64,000 bases of DNA from Calditrichia bacterium (GCA_963796965.1 CAWCNS010000008.1:160001-224000), one strand, 5' to 3'; shown: positions 43,482 through 54,701, counted from the stretch's first letter. Program-made: numbers and translations. Notes: a model not told the origin generated them from the sequence alone.

Positions 43482-46400
43482 TTAACGTAATAATATCATC
43501 TTCATTGCCTTAAAATAGTTCGGGGTTTCTAACACATAAAAATAAATTCCGGAACTAACCGCTACGCCCTGCTCATTCCTTCCATCCCATACAACCTGAT
43601 AGCGGCCAGGTTTCTGCGTTTTAGAAACCAGGTTGGCAACTTTCTGCCCTAGTACATTGTAGATATTGAGATCAACGTAATTCGTAATTGGTAACTCGTA
43701 ATTGATTTTGGTGCTGGGATTAAAGGGATTGGGATAGTTAGGCATCAAGGCAAAGCTATCGGGAATTCTGTATTTTTCCGGCATTTCCATGACATAATCG
43801 CTGCCGCCGTAAGCACCCATATCATTGCGTAACCCGCCCCGGGCCGGCCAGAGGGCAAAACCCGGCTTTAACGGATCTTCCAGGTCATTATAGATAGGAT
43901 CCGGATCACCAGAATCGATGCAGGGAGATTTATCCTGCAAAGTAAAATCTCCATTATCGGGATTACTAAACAGCGGATCCTGGCTGATATTGCCCTTCCC
44001 CCATTCATACGTCCCTATTGGCCATTCGGGATAAAAGACATTATCTTCCCCTACAAACCAATTTTCAGAAGATGTATCAATATTGCAATAGTCAATATAA
44101 ATTGGTGTGGATATGGACTCAATGAGTGTACCTGATTCCGGCTGATTATCAAATATAATTGAATTTTTAATAATGAGGTACTCCTCATCATCACCATATC
44201 CACTCACTCTTATCACCGAAGATGATGTATTATTCTGAGAGATTACAATGTTATTCATGATGCAATGTTTATTATAACGCTGATTCAGATAAAACCTGAA
44301 ACTTAAACCAGTATTGTGAATGAATATTGAATTTTCAGTAAGCAGCGTTGACCAGAAAGAAAAAATACTTAGGTCATTTTGTTGGAAACAGCAATGGGAT
44401 ATGGTTACAAAATCCATATCAGATTCAACTGCATTATGCAAATGTACAGCAACCTCATTGTTGACAAACCGAGAATTTAAGATAGTTGGCGTACAATAGT
44501 TGGCAGTTACTGCTCCCGATCCATATGGTTGTTCCATCGATCCAGGCTCTCGGACCTCTCGGATTACACAGTAAGCTAAAGTATCATTATTTCCTGTTTG
44601 ATTAAACCAAATCCCATACCATTTTTTTTGTGGATCAACAGCAGAAAATCGAATAGAATCATTTTCGCTGCCTATTGCTCGTAGTCGAGCTGTAGGTCCT
44701 ACTGTCAGATATAATGGACCGTTAAATTTCAACTCCACACCTGGCTCAATGACTAGGTCATTATTAGATAGTACAACTAAATCATTAATGACAATATAGG
44801 GACTATTCTCTTTGCTCAAGACACCACTGATTTCTCCGCCAATACGTGTACCATATAGTATTTTTGCCAGAACAGGAATGGAATATCGCCCAATCTCGCT
44901 TGTTTCGATGGTCAAATCTGTAGAATAATTCCCAATCTCTATCATGGGAGGCGTAAACTGAATTCTGAAACTATCAATTCGCCCTGATCTCAATACCAGA
45001 ACATTATCCAAGTCAGGTATATCTAAAAATTTAAAATAGGACGTATTTTCTAAAGATATCCCGCTGATGTTAATATCAGCCATGCTGCCATTCTTAAGAT
45101 ACACAAGCATTTCTGTTTTATCAAAAGTCCTTAATTCACCAAAATCAATCGGATCGGGAGAAACAGTCAATACAATTCCATCAGTTTTTTGTGCATATTC
45201 AGTACCGCCATAAACGCCCAGGTTCCGGCAAAAACCATGGGGAAACGGCTCATCCTCAATCGCATCCTGCGGATCAGCAGCATCGATACAGGGAGATTCA
45301 CCCTTCAATTTAAAATCATTATTGTCAGGATCCTGGAACAGCGGATCTACAGAAATATTCTGATGTCCCCAATGAATAGTACCTTCCGAACGTAAACCGC
45401 TTGGTTCTCTAAATAAAGCTTTGATTAATATTGAATCTATATCATTATAATGGAATTCAATTGTATCGTTTTGAGCCAGTAGTATATAGTGGTTTTCTGG
45501 CAGAGAAATTTTATCTGATGCGTTTGTTATAATTGAATTATACCAGAAAATGGAATTTTTAACCTCCATTTTATTATTTCCTGCTAATTCAAACAAATCA
45601 CTAAATTCAGATAATTGATGATTAACCGCTGATATATTTTGTATTGAGACCGTCGAAAATCTTGTGGATATAATACTGCCGGCATCCCCTGCCGTATTGG
45701 ACTGTAGCACGCAATTTTTCAGGGAAATATCTGAGCCTGTTGAATATATAGCGCCGCCGGTTAAACGGGCATTATTTTGGGAAAACTCTGAATTACTAAA
45801 AACAGGAGATGAATCTCTGATATAAATTGCCCCGCCACCGGTAGCCTGGTTGGCTATAAATTTCGAATTTTCTACTATAGGCGCAGATTCTCTCAGATAA
45901 ATAGCCCCACCGGAAGTCCCCAAATTCAGCTATTATGGTTGAATGTGACAGTCTAAAGTCCGAATTCATTGCATTGATAGTCCCGCCATCTAGAGACTGG
46001 TTATTTTTGAGTATTGAATGGGTAATCATCGCATTCGTATTTTCTAATTGAATTGCACTATTGCTCTGAACATCTGAAATAGCACAATAAGAAAGTATAT
46101 CATCTTCACCACTTGAATAAAAAGTTAATCCTTGCCAGCCTTTATCTGGCCTTGTGGCTGAAAAGTATACCGAGTCTCCTGCAACACCCTGTGCAATTAA
46201 TTGTGCATCTGGTCCTATTTCAAAGGAACAACCATGTTCAGAGAATATTTGTGTTCCTGCTTTTATTAATAATTGTCTCCCTGGAGCAATGGCCAGATTA
46301 TCGACTATATAATAGGGCGATCCTGTCTTATCCCAGACACCTGAAACCTGATTTTCCGTAACTATTGTCCCTGTCTCCCCTCTTCCAAAACCTATTAATG

Positions 46401-47946
46401 GTAAATATTTAAATCTTTTCCTGTTATCAAGTGATAAAATAATTTCCATTTCACCAGAAAATTTGCCCAGGCTATCAGGTTTGCAGAAAAGATCCAGCAC
46501 CAGCTCTTCACCTGGTTCGAGGGCAAGCTGGTCTATATGTTGCGTTAATTGGCCCGCTCCAATTTTGGCAAAAAAATAATCCGGCAAGATTATCTCATCG
46601 ATATAAAGTGTCTTCAGGCCATCATTTAAAAATTTGCATGATATTGCTTCTGAAAGATTATCAATTATCACTGGTTTAAATTTGAACAGTGTATCCGAGA
46701 GCACCAGGTTGGTTTGGCTGTCCAAACCCGGTCGTATATCGATAACGGCGTTATAGATCAATACATCACCATAGGGAATCCCCTCAGGCATATGGTACCA
46801 GGCATCTGTTATGGCTGCTGGTCTGCTATCTCCCCAGCCAAAATTCAAATGATAAAAGTCATCTGTATTATAACCATCGCAAATAAGAGCATGACCCGCC
46901 GTGCTGCCTATTATAGAGAGTTGGGCCGGTAATCCTTCCTTCATATTGTCCTTCAACCGGTCATAAAACATTTCATCTGGGGAGGTAAGAGATGCAGTGG
47001 CATAATCCATTTCATTTATAAAGGCCTGGTACACTTGATCATTATAGACGGCTGATCCGGATTTATCATACTTAGTATCGGCTATCAATCCTGCTGCAAA
47101 ATTTAATGCAGCCATATTATTAGTATCCAGGGGCAGGTTCTGATCAAATTTGAATTGCAGGGTATCTAGATAGCGATTTAATTGTTTGAAAGATGGAAAA
47201 TCAAGTAAAGTGCTATCCCCATCAATGCTGATATCCGGTGAGGTGTTGGAATAGCGATCATCCGCGCTAAATCTTTTATTGCCAAAATATTGATGATAGT
47301 TAACGATCTGAGCAATAGCTGTGGCTCCACAACCGGTGAGGCAGCGCTGATAATCTGTTGGATCGAGGGGACAGAAATTATTGAAGGGTGCCCCCTGGAT
47401 CCAGGTGGTTTCCACCCAGCCGCCTGTGGTCGTGCTGCCTGCTGGCGGCCACTGTTCTACGACCTGGGAAACGTGTTGATTTTGATCTGAGCTCAGATAT
47501 GTCTGCCATTTTTCATTATTTTTTAGACGAATCTTTTCCGGTAGTTGATCCAAACTTTCCATTCTGGCCTTTAAATCAGAAACGAGCCACTGATAAAAAT
47601 GATTAGCCTTACTCGTATCAGCAGACCAGTTATTACGGTAAGAGTAAGCAATAACAGGTTCCATATCCGTATCAGAGGATAAGATCAGGAATCCAGTAGG
47701 AGCAAGAGAGACAACATAACCTAAGTCCTTGGACTCACTATCTGTAGTTATACCATCAACTGAATTTTTTTTCAATGAGATTTGATTTGTAAGGAAAACC
47801 TGATTAGTGTTCAATCTGGTCTGAATAAAGCGGTTGGAGACGGTTATAAGCTCTTTCTGGGTAACAGGTTTAGAAATGATTTCAGTGGAAAAAAAGATCA
47901 CAAGGAAGACGAGCAAAGTGATACAATATTTAGGAATGCTTCTCAT
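43482..47946 (-). CDS. Streptopain-family (C10) cysteine protease with I69/Spi propeptide, repeated Ig-like + parallel beta-helix modules and FlgD-Ig/T9SS-like CTD (~1487 aa), split by a +1 frameshift near 45930
   Basis: GFLILSSDTDMEPVIAYS propeptide; WIQGAPFNNFCP, TGCGATAIAQI (Cys), GHALICDGY (His), HLNFGWG; GGAIY repeats; NYPNPFNP..SSGIYFY. Confidence 0.87.
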
Positions 47947-48107
47947 ACAAGCTTATATCCTTGTACAAAAAATAACCTCAACTGATTATATTGTATATAC
48001 TTATATATGAAGCGAAATGCAAGATATTCCAATTATCATTTATGTCCAGCAAAAAAAATAATTAAAATTCTTTGTGTCCTTTGTGGTTGTCTTTTATCTT
48101 TTCATAA

Positions 48108-48548
48108 CTAGTGTTTGGGATAAATGATAAATAGAACCAGATCTTCAGAGCCAGATTGATGGAGACTATGGGAGGTTCCGGGGCGGGTTAGAATTGCCGT
48201 GCCCGCTTTAACATTGGACAGATTACCATCCATGTTTAGCTCCCCCTCCCCGCTGAGAATATAGTAAATCTCATCATTCTCCTGAAGGTGGTAACCGATA
48301 GAAGAGCCGGGATGCAGGATCCTTTTTTTAAAAACAAAATCCATATCCGGTACATTTTTGAAAAAGGAAAATCCCGTTGTTTCTCCCCCGCCATCATGGG
48401 GCCCGGGTTGGGTTGCAGCAATATCGGCATCATGCTCAATGATATAACTGAGTTTTGATTGATTTTTGGACTTCTGTTCGTTTGGATTCATCGCTTGGCT
48501 CACGTTAAATAGTAATAAGGATAGAATAAGAATGGATCGTATTTGCAT
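48108..48548 (-). CDS. Secreted cupin-domain protein
   Basis: Signal peptide; PHDGGGET, LHPGSSIGYH..DEIYYILSGEG, TRPGTSHSL. Confidence 0.88.
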   Translation of the reverse strand: MQIRSILILSLLLFNVSQAMNPNEQKSKNQSKLSYIIEHDADIAATQPGPHDGGGETTGFSFFKNVPDMDFVFKKRILHPGSSIGYHLQENDEIYYILSGEGELNMDGNLSNVKAGTAILTRPGTSHSLHQSGSEDLVLFIIYPKH

Positions 48549-48609
48549 TATAACCTCTGTTTTCTAAGATAACGCAATACTTATTTGGTTAAACCAGAGA
48601 AAAAATGGT

Positions 48610-48684
48610 TCACGAAGATGCACGAAGATTATTAAATATAAATATTCTTCGTGATACTTCGCGACTGCTTCGTGGCTTTCGTGA
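48610..48684. repeat. Inverted repeat of CACGAAG units
   Basis: cacgaagatgcacgaag ... cttcgtgatacttcgcgactgcttcgtggctttcgtga. Confidence 0.75.
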
Positions 48685-48713
48685 TACAAAATGAAATTAT
48701 ATGAATTGATAGA

Positions 48714-49679
48714 TTAGCTGCCCTCGTAAGCAGCCGCGATCAATTCCCGGATAGTCGTTTGGGCCAATCCAACCACGGTATCTGCGGCACCATAATATAC
48801 TTTGACCTCGCTGTCCAGATCCGCAAAACCCTGCTCATCGACATCTTCTACAATCATACCACTGGGAAAACAAACATTAGGCACCTGGCCGGTGAATTCA
48901 TACAATTCTCTTGGTTCGAGGATATTATATTTGCTACGTGCTAATACTTTTGAAGGATCTTCCAGATCTAAAAGGATGACACCTCCCTGGTAGATAATTG
49001 AACTACCAAAATGTTCGGCAATTCCATGGTAAACATGCACCCAACCCTTTTCGGTTTTAACCGGTGGAGGGCCGGAACCAATTCGCTCATCCCAGTAATG
49101 CAAACGCCCATCAATTAATGGTTTAACCTGCTCCCATTTGACCAGATCATCGGAAGCCGAGAGCCAGATGGTACTACCTGAAGTTGCACCACTAGAAACA
49201 GGGGCGGTATTGGGTCTGTCCATGCGCAGATATTTTCCTCCCACTTTTTCCGGGAACAATACACCATTGCGGATATCACCATCAGAAACAATATCAATAA
49301 ACTGGAAAGATTCATAATCATCTGTTTTGGCCAGACCCAGTTGACAACCATCGTCCATGTCCATGGCAAACATGATATAATGCTGATCTTCAATCTTTGT
49401 TAAGCGAGGATCATAACAATGATAAATGGTATCTTTAACCTTTTCAATACCTTCAAAATCTACCCTCTTTTTGGCCACATCAAAATTTATACCATCATCA
49501 CTCCTGGCCATAACCGAGAATGTTTCTCTTCCCCGATTTTGCACCCGCAACATAAGAAGATATTTATCGTTGAATTTAATTGCCCCCGGATTGAATACCG
49601 AAGTCACATCAACCAGATCAGGAGGAATGCCTGGGATATCCAGACGGGTTAATATGGGATTATTGGGATGACGTTTCAT
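48714..49679 (-). CDS. GH130 beta-mannoside phosphorylase/mannosidase
   Basis: RHPNNPIL, SVFNPGA, YDPRLT, RNGVLFPEK, IGSGPPP, VPNVCFP, YYGAADT. Confidence 0.93.
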   Translation of the reverse strand: MKRHPNNPILTRLDIPGIPPDLVDVTSVFNPGAIKFNDKYLLMLRVQNRGRETFSVMARSDDGINFDVAKKRVDFEGIEKVKDTIYHCYDPRLTKIEDQHYIMFAMDMDDGCQLGLAKTDDYESFQFIDIVSDGDIRNGVLFPEKVGGKYLRMDRPNTAPVSSGATSGSTIWLSASDDLVKWEQVKPLIDGRLHYWDERIGSGPPPVKTEKGWVHVYHGIAEHFGSSIIYQGGVILLDLEDPSKVLARSKYNILEPRELYEFTGQVPNVCFPSGMIVEDVDEQGFADLDSEVKVYYGAADTVVGLAQTTIRELIAAAYEGS

Positions 49680-49703
49680 ACTCTTTCCTATTTTTATTTT
49701 AAA

Positions 49704-49970
49704 TAAACACAAAGTGCACAAAGAAGGCACAAAGTACACTAAGTTTTTTCCACTAATTCCACAAAAATATTATAAAATTGGACCCTGAAACAAGTTCAGG
49801 GTGACGAATTGTCATCCCGAACTCGGTTCGGGATCTACTTATGTACCCTCTGATTATTATCTATTATTGATTTGGAACATATCATTTAATTCATTCTTAA
49901 CTCTCCACTCTCTACGCTTAACGCTCTTTGCTCTTCTCTTTTCTCTGCGGCTTTGCGTCTCTGCGTGAAA
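49704..49970. repeat. Composite ~270-bp element, copy 1 (direct repeat with 51423..51706)
   Basis: CACAAAG units, GACCCTGAAACAAGTTCAGGGTGAC/GTCATCCCGAAC pair, AT-rich core, CTCTACG heptamers, CTCTGCG units. Confidence 0.88.
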
Positions 49971-49992
49971 TACAAAAAACAGTAAATCACGA

Positions 49993-51291
49993 TTATCCGG
50001 TCGTAGGTAAATCTTTACGACAAGCAACGGCGCCATAATAGGCAATGACGATAAAACAGGCAAAGGGAACAAAATAAGCCATATTGATACTCTGGGTCAG
50101 ATCTGAAACCTGACCTTGTACTGCCGTCAAAACAGCGCCACCCAGAATCGCCATGATCAATCCTGATCCGCCAATCTTTGTGTCATCACCGAGTCCGCGT
50201 ACAGCAAGACCAAATATGGTTGGGAACATTAAAGACATACATCCGGAGATACCGATCAATGCATAAACACCTACAATTCCTCCTCCAAATATGACAACCA
50301 GTGTACAAAACATTGCTAATCCTGAGAGAAGAGCCAGTAAATTTCCCGCCGTCATAAAGCGCATCAACCAGGTACAGATAAAACGTGAGGCCGTAAATAG
50401 AAATAATGCGGCCAGATAATAACTGGAGGCTTGTTCCTCGTTAAGATCGAGTTCCTGCATGACATAACGGATTGTAAATGACCATACGCCAATTTGTGCC
50501 CCAACATAAAAGAACTGGGCAATAACTCCCCAGCGGTAGTGTACGTTCTTAAAGAGACGTTTGAAGGTTGGAACCAGGTTAAGTGCGCCGGATTCATCCG
50601 AAGCTTTGGGCATTTTTAGAAAGGCAATCATAACCCACAAGACGGCAAGGAATAAGGCAACTGCGACATAGGGACCCATCACCGCTGCTAACTCCTCTGA
50701 TTGAATCTGCTGAAGTTGCCCGGCCCCCATGGCCGCACGCTCATCAGCCGTAGCACTATTCAAATTGGAGAGGATAAACCACTTACTCAGGAATACACCA
50801 AGGATCGAACCGATCGGATTGAATGACTGGGCCAGATTTAAGCGGCGCGTACCGGTTTCTTCCGGTCCCATAGCGATGATATAAGGGTTAGCAGACGTTT
50901 CTAAAATAGACAAACCACCGGCCAGAATATAGAGGGCACCAAGAAAATGTAAATAGTTCATCGTTATACTGGCCGGATAGAACATTAAGGCCCCAAATAC
51001 AAATAAACCGAGACCAAGGAGAACACCTGCCTTATAAGTAAATCGTTTGATAAAGATGGCTGCCGGGAGGGCCAGACAAAAATAAGATCCATAAAATGCC
51101 AATTGGATCCAGGATGTCTGGAAATCGGACATGCTCATTATTTTTTTGAAGGCTGCTAAAAGTGTATCGGTCATGTTGTTGGCCAATCCCCACCAGGCAA
51201 AACAACTGGTTAAGAGAATAAAAGGCCACAATATGTGTTTTGGGACCAGCGCAGTTCCATGGTTCTCATTTTTTACTACGGATTTTACCAT
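49993..51291 (-). CDS. fucP: L-fucose:H+ symporter-family MFS permease
   Basis: PFILLTSCFAWWGLANNMTD, QLAFYGSYF, LETSANPY, RRLNLAQSFNPIG, QFFYVGAQI, MSLMFPTIF, LIMAILGGA. Confidence 0.88.
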   Translation of the reverse strand: MVKSVVKNENHGTALVPKHILWPFILLTSCFAWWGLANNMTDTLLAAFKKIMSMSDFQTSWIQLAFYGSYFCLALPAAIFIKRFTYKAGVLLGLGLFVFGALMFYPASITMNYLHFLGALYILAGGLSILETSANPYIIAMGPEETGTRRLNLAQSFNPIGSILGVFLSKWFILSNLNSATADERAAMGAGQLQQIQSEELAAVMGPYVAVALFLAVLWVMIAFLKMPKASDESGALNLVPTFKRLFKNVHYRWGVIAQFFYVGAQIGVWSFTIRYVMQELDLNEEQASSYYLAALFLFTASRFICTWLMRFMTAGNLLALLSGLAMFCTLVVIFGGGIVGVYALIGISGCMSLMFPTIFGLAVRGLGDDTKIGGSGLIMAILGGAVLTAVQGQVSDLTQSINMAYFVPFACFIVIAYYGAVACRKDLPTTG

Positions 51292-51422
51292 CTTTCAAAA
51301 CCTCCTAATAGATCGACGTTTCTACATGTTATTTTCACTATGTTAAGAATCCGGCGGATTAATATAAAAATAAAATTCAATTTGTGCTAATGGATCATTT
51401 TTTCTGCTGAGGGAATTCTTTT

Positions 51423-51706
51423 TAAACACAAAGTTCGCAAAGATTTATCCACAAAGTCACACAAATATTTGACGAATTTCATGAATATATTAATAGACTG
51501 AGACCCTGATACTGAAGTTCAGGGTGACGCGTTGGGTTGTCATCCCGAACTTGGTTCGGAATCTAACTTCTGTACCATCTGATTATTATCATCTATTATT
51601 GATTAGGTACATTTCATTTAATTAAACCTTTTACTCTCCACTCTCAACACTCTACGCTTAACGCTCTTCTCTCTTTTCTCTGCGTCTTGGCGACTCTGCG
51701 AGAGAA
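51423..51706. repeat. Composite ~285-bp element, copy 2
   Basis: Same module order as copy 1, with a near-identical core tgtacc.tctgattattat..ctattattgatt..ctctccactctc..ctacgcttaacgctctt. Confidence 0.88.
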
Positions 51707-51727
51707 AAAATAGTCGCATATTATTTC

Positions 51728-53172
51728 TTAAAACGACAAAAGACATTGCCAGATGAACATATTTCCAAAGGCTTCATTGTCTTCCCAGATATCCCTCAAG
51801 ATTTTCTCATCACCACGAATTTCGGGAATCTCTTTCACCTTCTCTTCCCAGGGCCGACAAATACCCGGTTTCACTTTGCCGCTGTATGGAACCGGCATCC
51901 CATAGTTTGCTGAGAATTTCATATCCTGACTTGGCTTAATCTGATTCAAATCTTTCAGAGGCTTTGATGATCCTGATGAATATACCCCATAGTCGCGGGT
52001 AAAGTCTGTCAACGCTTTAAGATTCTCAATCTTTGTATCATTTTGCATAATTGCCGAGGCATCCATAATATATCCACCCTCTTTAGCGACACCGTCAATT
52101 ATCTTTTTTGCATAATCACGCACTTCATCTTCCGTTCCATATCCAAGAAGTGCATTTGGGACACCGCCACTCAAACAAAACTTATGTCCCAATTTTTTAT
52201 GGGTTTCAAATATATCACTGTTATCCACATGATAGACGATACTTCTATCAGGTAATTCGGCAAAATTATCCAGGTGATGGATCCAGTCACCTTCAGCATA
52301 AAATAATGTCTGATGTCCTTCTTTCCAAAGTTCTTCAATTATCGGTTTTAAGGTTGGCCAATAATGTGACTTAAATTGATCTGGGGTGACAAAAGGGACA
52401 CCACCGCGGTGCATCCAAAATCCGATCGGGACCTGATGTTCGCCATCTGCTGTAGAAGATGCCACATGGTGGAGATGGGGCATCAGGGCTTCACAGGCCT
52501 TGAGGACCTTATCCGGTTGCAAGGCCAAATCCATGGTTAACCCCATATAGCCACGCAATTTATCACCCAGGATGTCCAGGGGCGCTTTAAATATTCCGGC
52601 TATAGCTGAAACAGTTCCGGATTTTTCCTGAGTTGATCGATTTGGGGTCCAAAAGCATTAAAATAATCAAGCATCGCCATGGCCCCTTTGACAAGGGCGA
52701 GATTGTTCCGATAGGAAGATTTCTCATCCATGGCACTTATTTCTGATGAGACGCGGGGTAACCATACTTCATAAAGAAAGGCGGTCGGATCATCAATCAA
52801 ACGATCATATTCATCTGCTTTCATAAACGATTTATCTTCATCCGGTTCGATATATTGAAACCCGGTCTGGGCAGGAATATTTTTCCCGGGCACCCCATAA
52901 TATTTCAATCCAATCGCCTCTGTCAGCCCTGTCCACACATAGACCATATTAGCGACTACGGCATCCCAATCAAAATCAGCCGCACATTTACGGGCTGCAA
53001 CAAAGGCTTTATTATAATCATGGGTAACTTCCTGGCATGTAAACCCGGCATATTTTGCGGTAAATTCTGCAACGAAAGGTCTGATAGGAATTTTATCAGG
53101 CATTTCGTTATTCATTGCTGTTAAATACCGTCTGAGACGCTCCTCATATCGTTTGGTCATATCAAAATTCAT
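51728..53172 (-). CDS. Uroporphyrinogen decarboxylase/cobalamin methyltransferase (URO-D/MtaA/CmuA-like) family protein (~481 aa), split by a -1 frameshift near 52622
   Basis: PDKIPI, FMKADEYD, (restored) APLDILGDKLRGY, QFKSHYWPTLK, CLSGGVP..LGYGTEDEV, GGYIMDA. Confidence 0.78.
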
Positions 53173-53193
53173 AACGTCCTCTTTACTTTTTTT

Positions 53194-53290
53194 AAACACA
53201 AAGGACACTAAGGATGCACAAAGTACACAAAGTTTATTCTAAATAATTTTTCTCTGTGTGCTCTGTGATTCCTTTGTGATCTTTGTGTTT
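53194..53290. repeat. Inverted repeat of CACAAAG units
   Basis: aaacacaaaggacactaaggatgcacaaagtacacaaag ... ctctgtgtgctctgtgattcctttgtgatctttgtgttt. Confidence 0.82.
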
Positions 53291-53324
53291 GAATAAAAAA
53301 ATGCAGTAAACTAAATTCTATATA

Positions 53325-54701
53325 TCAATTCTGTTGCTGCACCAGCCAATTTCTTGGTTTAACCGGGGCTGGTTTTCGGCCGTAGAAAAAATCATCCATT
53401 TTTAGAGCAAACCAACGGAAAACAGAAGAATTTTTTACCCCAAAACGGATGAAATTATGGAGCAGATTATCAGGATGTGAATAGGGACAGACCGTTATAC
53501 ATCGTCCGCAATCCGTACCTATTTTTGTCCATAATGTGAAGCAGGCTTCCGAATTAATTTGCCACCGTTTAACACCTGCAATATCACCACGGTCAATAAA
53601 TGATATGGCCTGGCTGGGACAGACGTCGGCACATTTTTTACATATTGTGCAAAAATCAATAACTGTGGGATCAGGTTTTCTTACATCAGGAATCAAGGGC
53701 AGATCCGTCGTGACCACGGCAATACGCACTCGGGGTCCTAACTCCGGCGTCATAAGCAGCCCCATTCGCCCGATTTCTCCCAGACCGGCATCACGGGCAA
53801 CCAGAGGACAAACCACACGGTAATTGCCGTCAATATGTGCCCGGGCAGGGTATCCAAGATTGAGAATAAATTCTGCAATTTGAACCGCTATGGTCCCGGA
53901 ATTCAGGTATTGCTGTGAGGATTCCATGATAACCGGCCCACAGGGGGCATGATCCATCATATATTTATCCATCTCAACCGTAATAACGATAGCATATTTA
54001 TGATCGATCTTTACTTTCTTGCCAAAATCAACACCACGTCCGACATGGCTGTAGAGATGATAATCCTTTAACTCGGTAATGCCCACTGATACAGATCCCA
54101 GTTTTAAAGCCCATTCTTTAATAAAAAAAGTAATGTCCTTATCATTTATGGTTATCGGCCTATTCCTATATGGCTTTTTATCCAACCCTGCATGAAAGAA
54201 CTTCACTGTAGTAAAATTTGCTTCAGCAACTGCAAATTGAATGGGATTGAAATGAGCCGACTTATCGTTCATCAATCCGGGATTTTTACGGAATTTATCA
54301 TCAGGGGCTTTTTTATCCGGATTCTCTGCATAATAGTTATCGAACCTCTCACTTCCCTCTTCCAAAAGATTGCGGGAAAACATAATGTCCCGCTCATCAA
54401 TTTTGAATCTGGGGATACCTTCCAACTCTACGGGGTTTCTGGTTGGGATGATTAGAATTAAAACAACAAGAACGCTGACAAAGAGAAATCCAATCTTTAT
54501 AGCTTGCGATATTGGATCAGTCAGAAATGCACTTAAGATAATGAGTAGAGGCAATAGAAGGCCCAAGGATAGTGAGATCTTTGCAGCTCTTATTTCCTTT
54601 TCAATAAATGAAACAATGGCAACATATTGCATTACGCCAAAAACAATAACTCCTCCAATAAAACTAAGCAAGCTAAGCCAGGGCAACTCATTTATATCCA
54701 T
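53325..54701 (-). CDS. rdhA: Reductive dehalogenase-like (RdhA/QueG superfamily) cobalamin/2x[4Fe-4S] protein with three N-terminal TM helices
   Basis: IDERDIMFSR; LGYPARAH; ARDAGLGEIGRMGLLMTPELGPRVRIAVVTTDLPL; FCTICKKCADVCP and C-x10-CGRCITVCP; no Tat motif. Confidence 0.78.
   Translation of the reverse strand: MDINELPWLSLLSFIGGVIVFGVMQYVAIVSFIEKEIRAAKISLSLGLLLPLLIILSAFLTDPISQAIKIGFLFVSVLVVLILIIPTRNPVELEGIPRFKIDERDIMFSRNLLEEGSERFDNYYAENPDKKAPDDKFRKNPGLMNDKSAHFNPIQFAVAEANFTTVKFFHAGLDKKPYRNRPITINDKDITFFIKEWALKLGSVSVGITELKDYHLYSHVGRGVDFGKKVKIDHKYAIVITVEMDKYMMDHAPCGPVIMESSQQYLNSGTIAVQIAEFILNLGYPARAHIDGNYRVVCPLVARDAGLGEIGRMGLLMTPELGPRVRIAVVTTDLPLIPDVRKPDPTVIDFCTICKKCADVCPSQAISFIDRGDIAGVKRWQINSEACFTLWTKIGTDCGRCITVCPYSHPDNLLHNFIRFGVKNSSVFRWFALKMDDFFYGRKPAPVKPRNWLVQQQN

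Noticed and set aside
49857..50072. Small ORFs over repeats or RNA genes (also 25383..25607, 55002..55196, 55126..55389, 55239..55481)
   Set aside because: They are translations of repeat elements, the tRNA or the SRP RNA, with no SD or coding signature.
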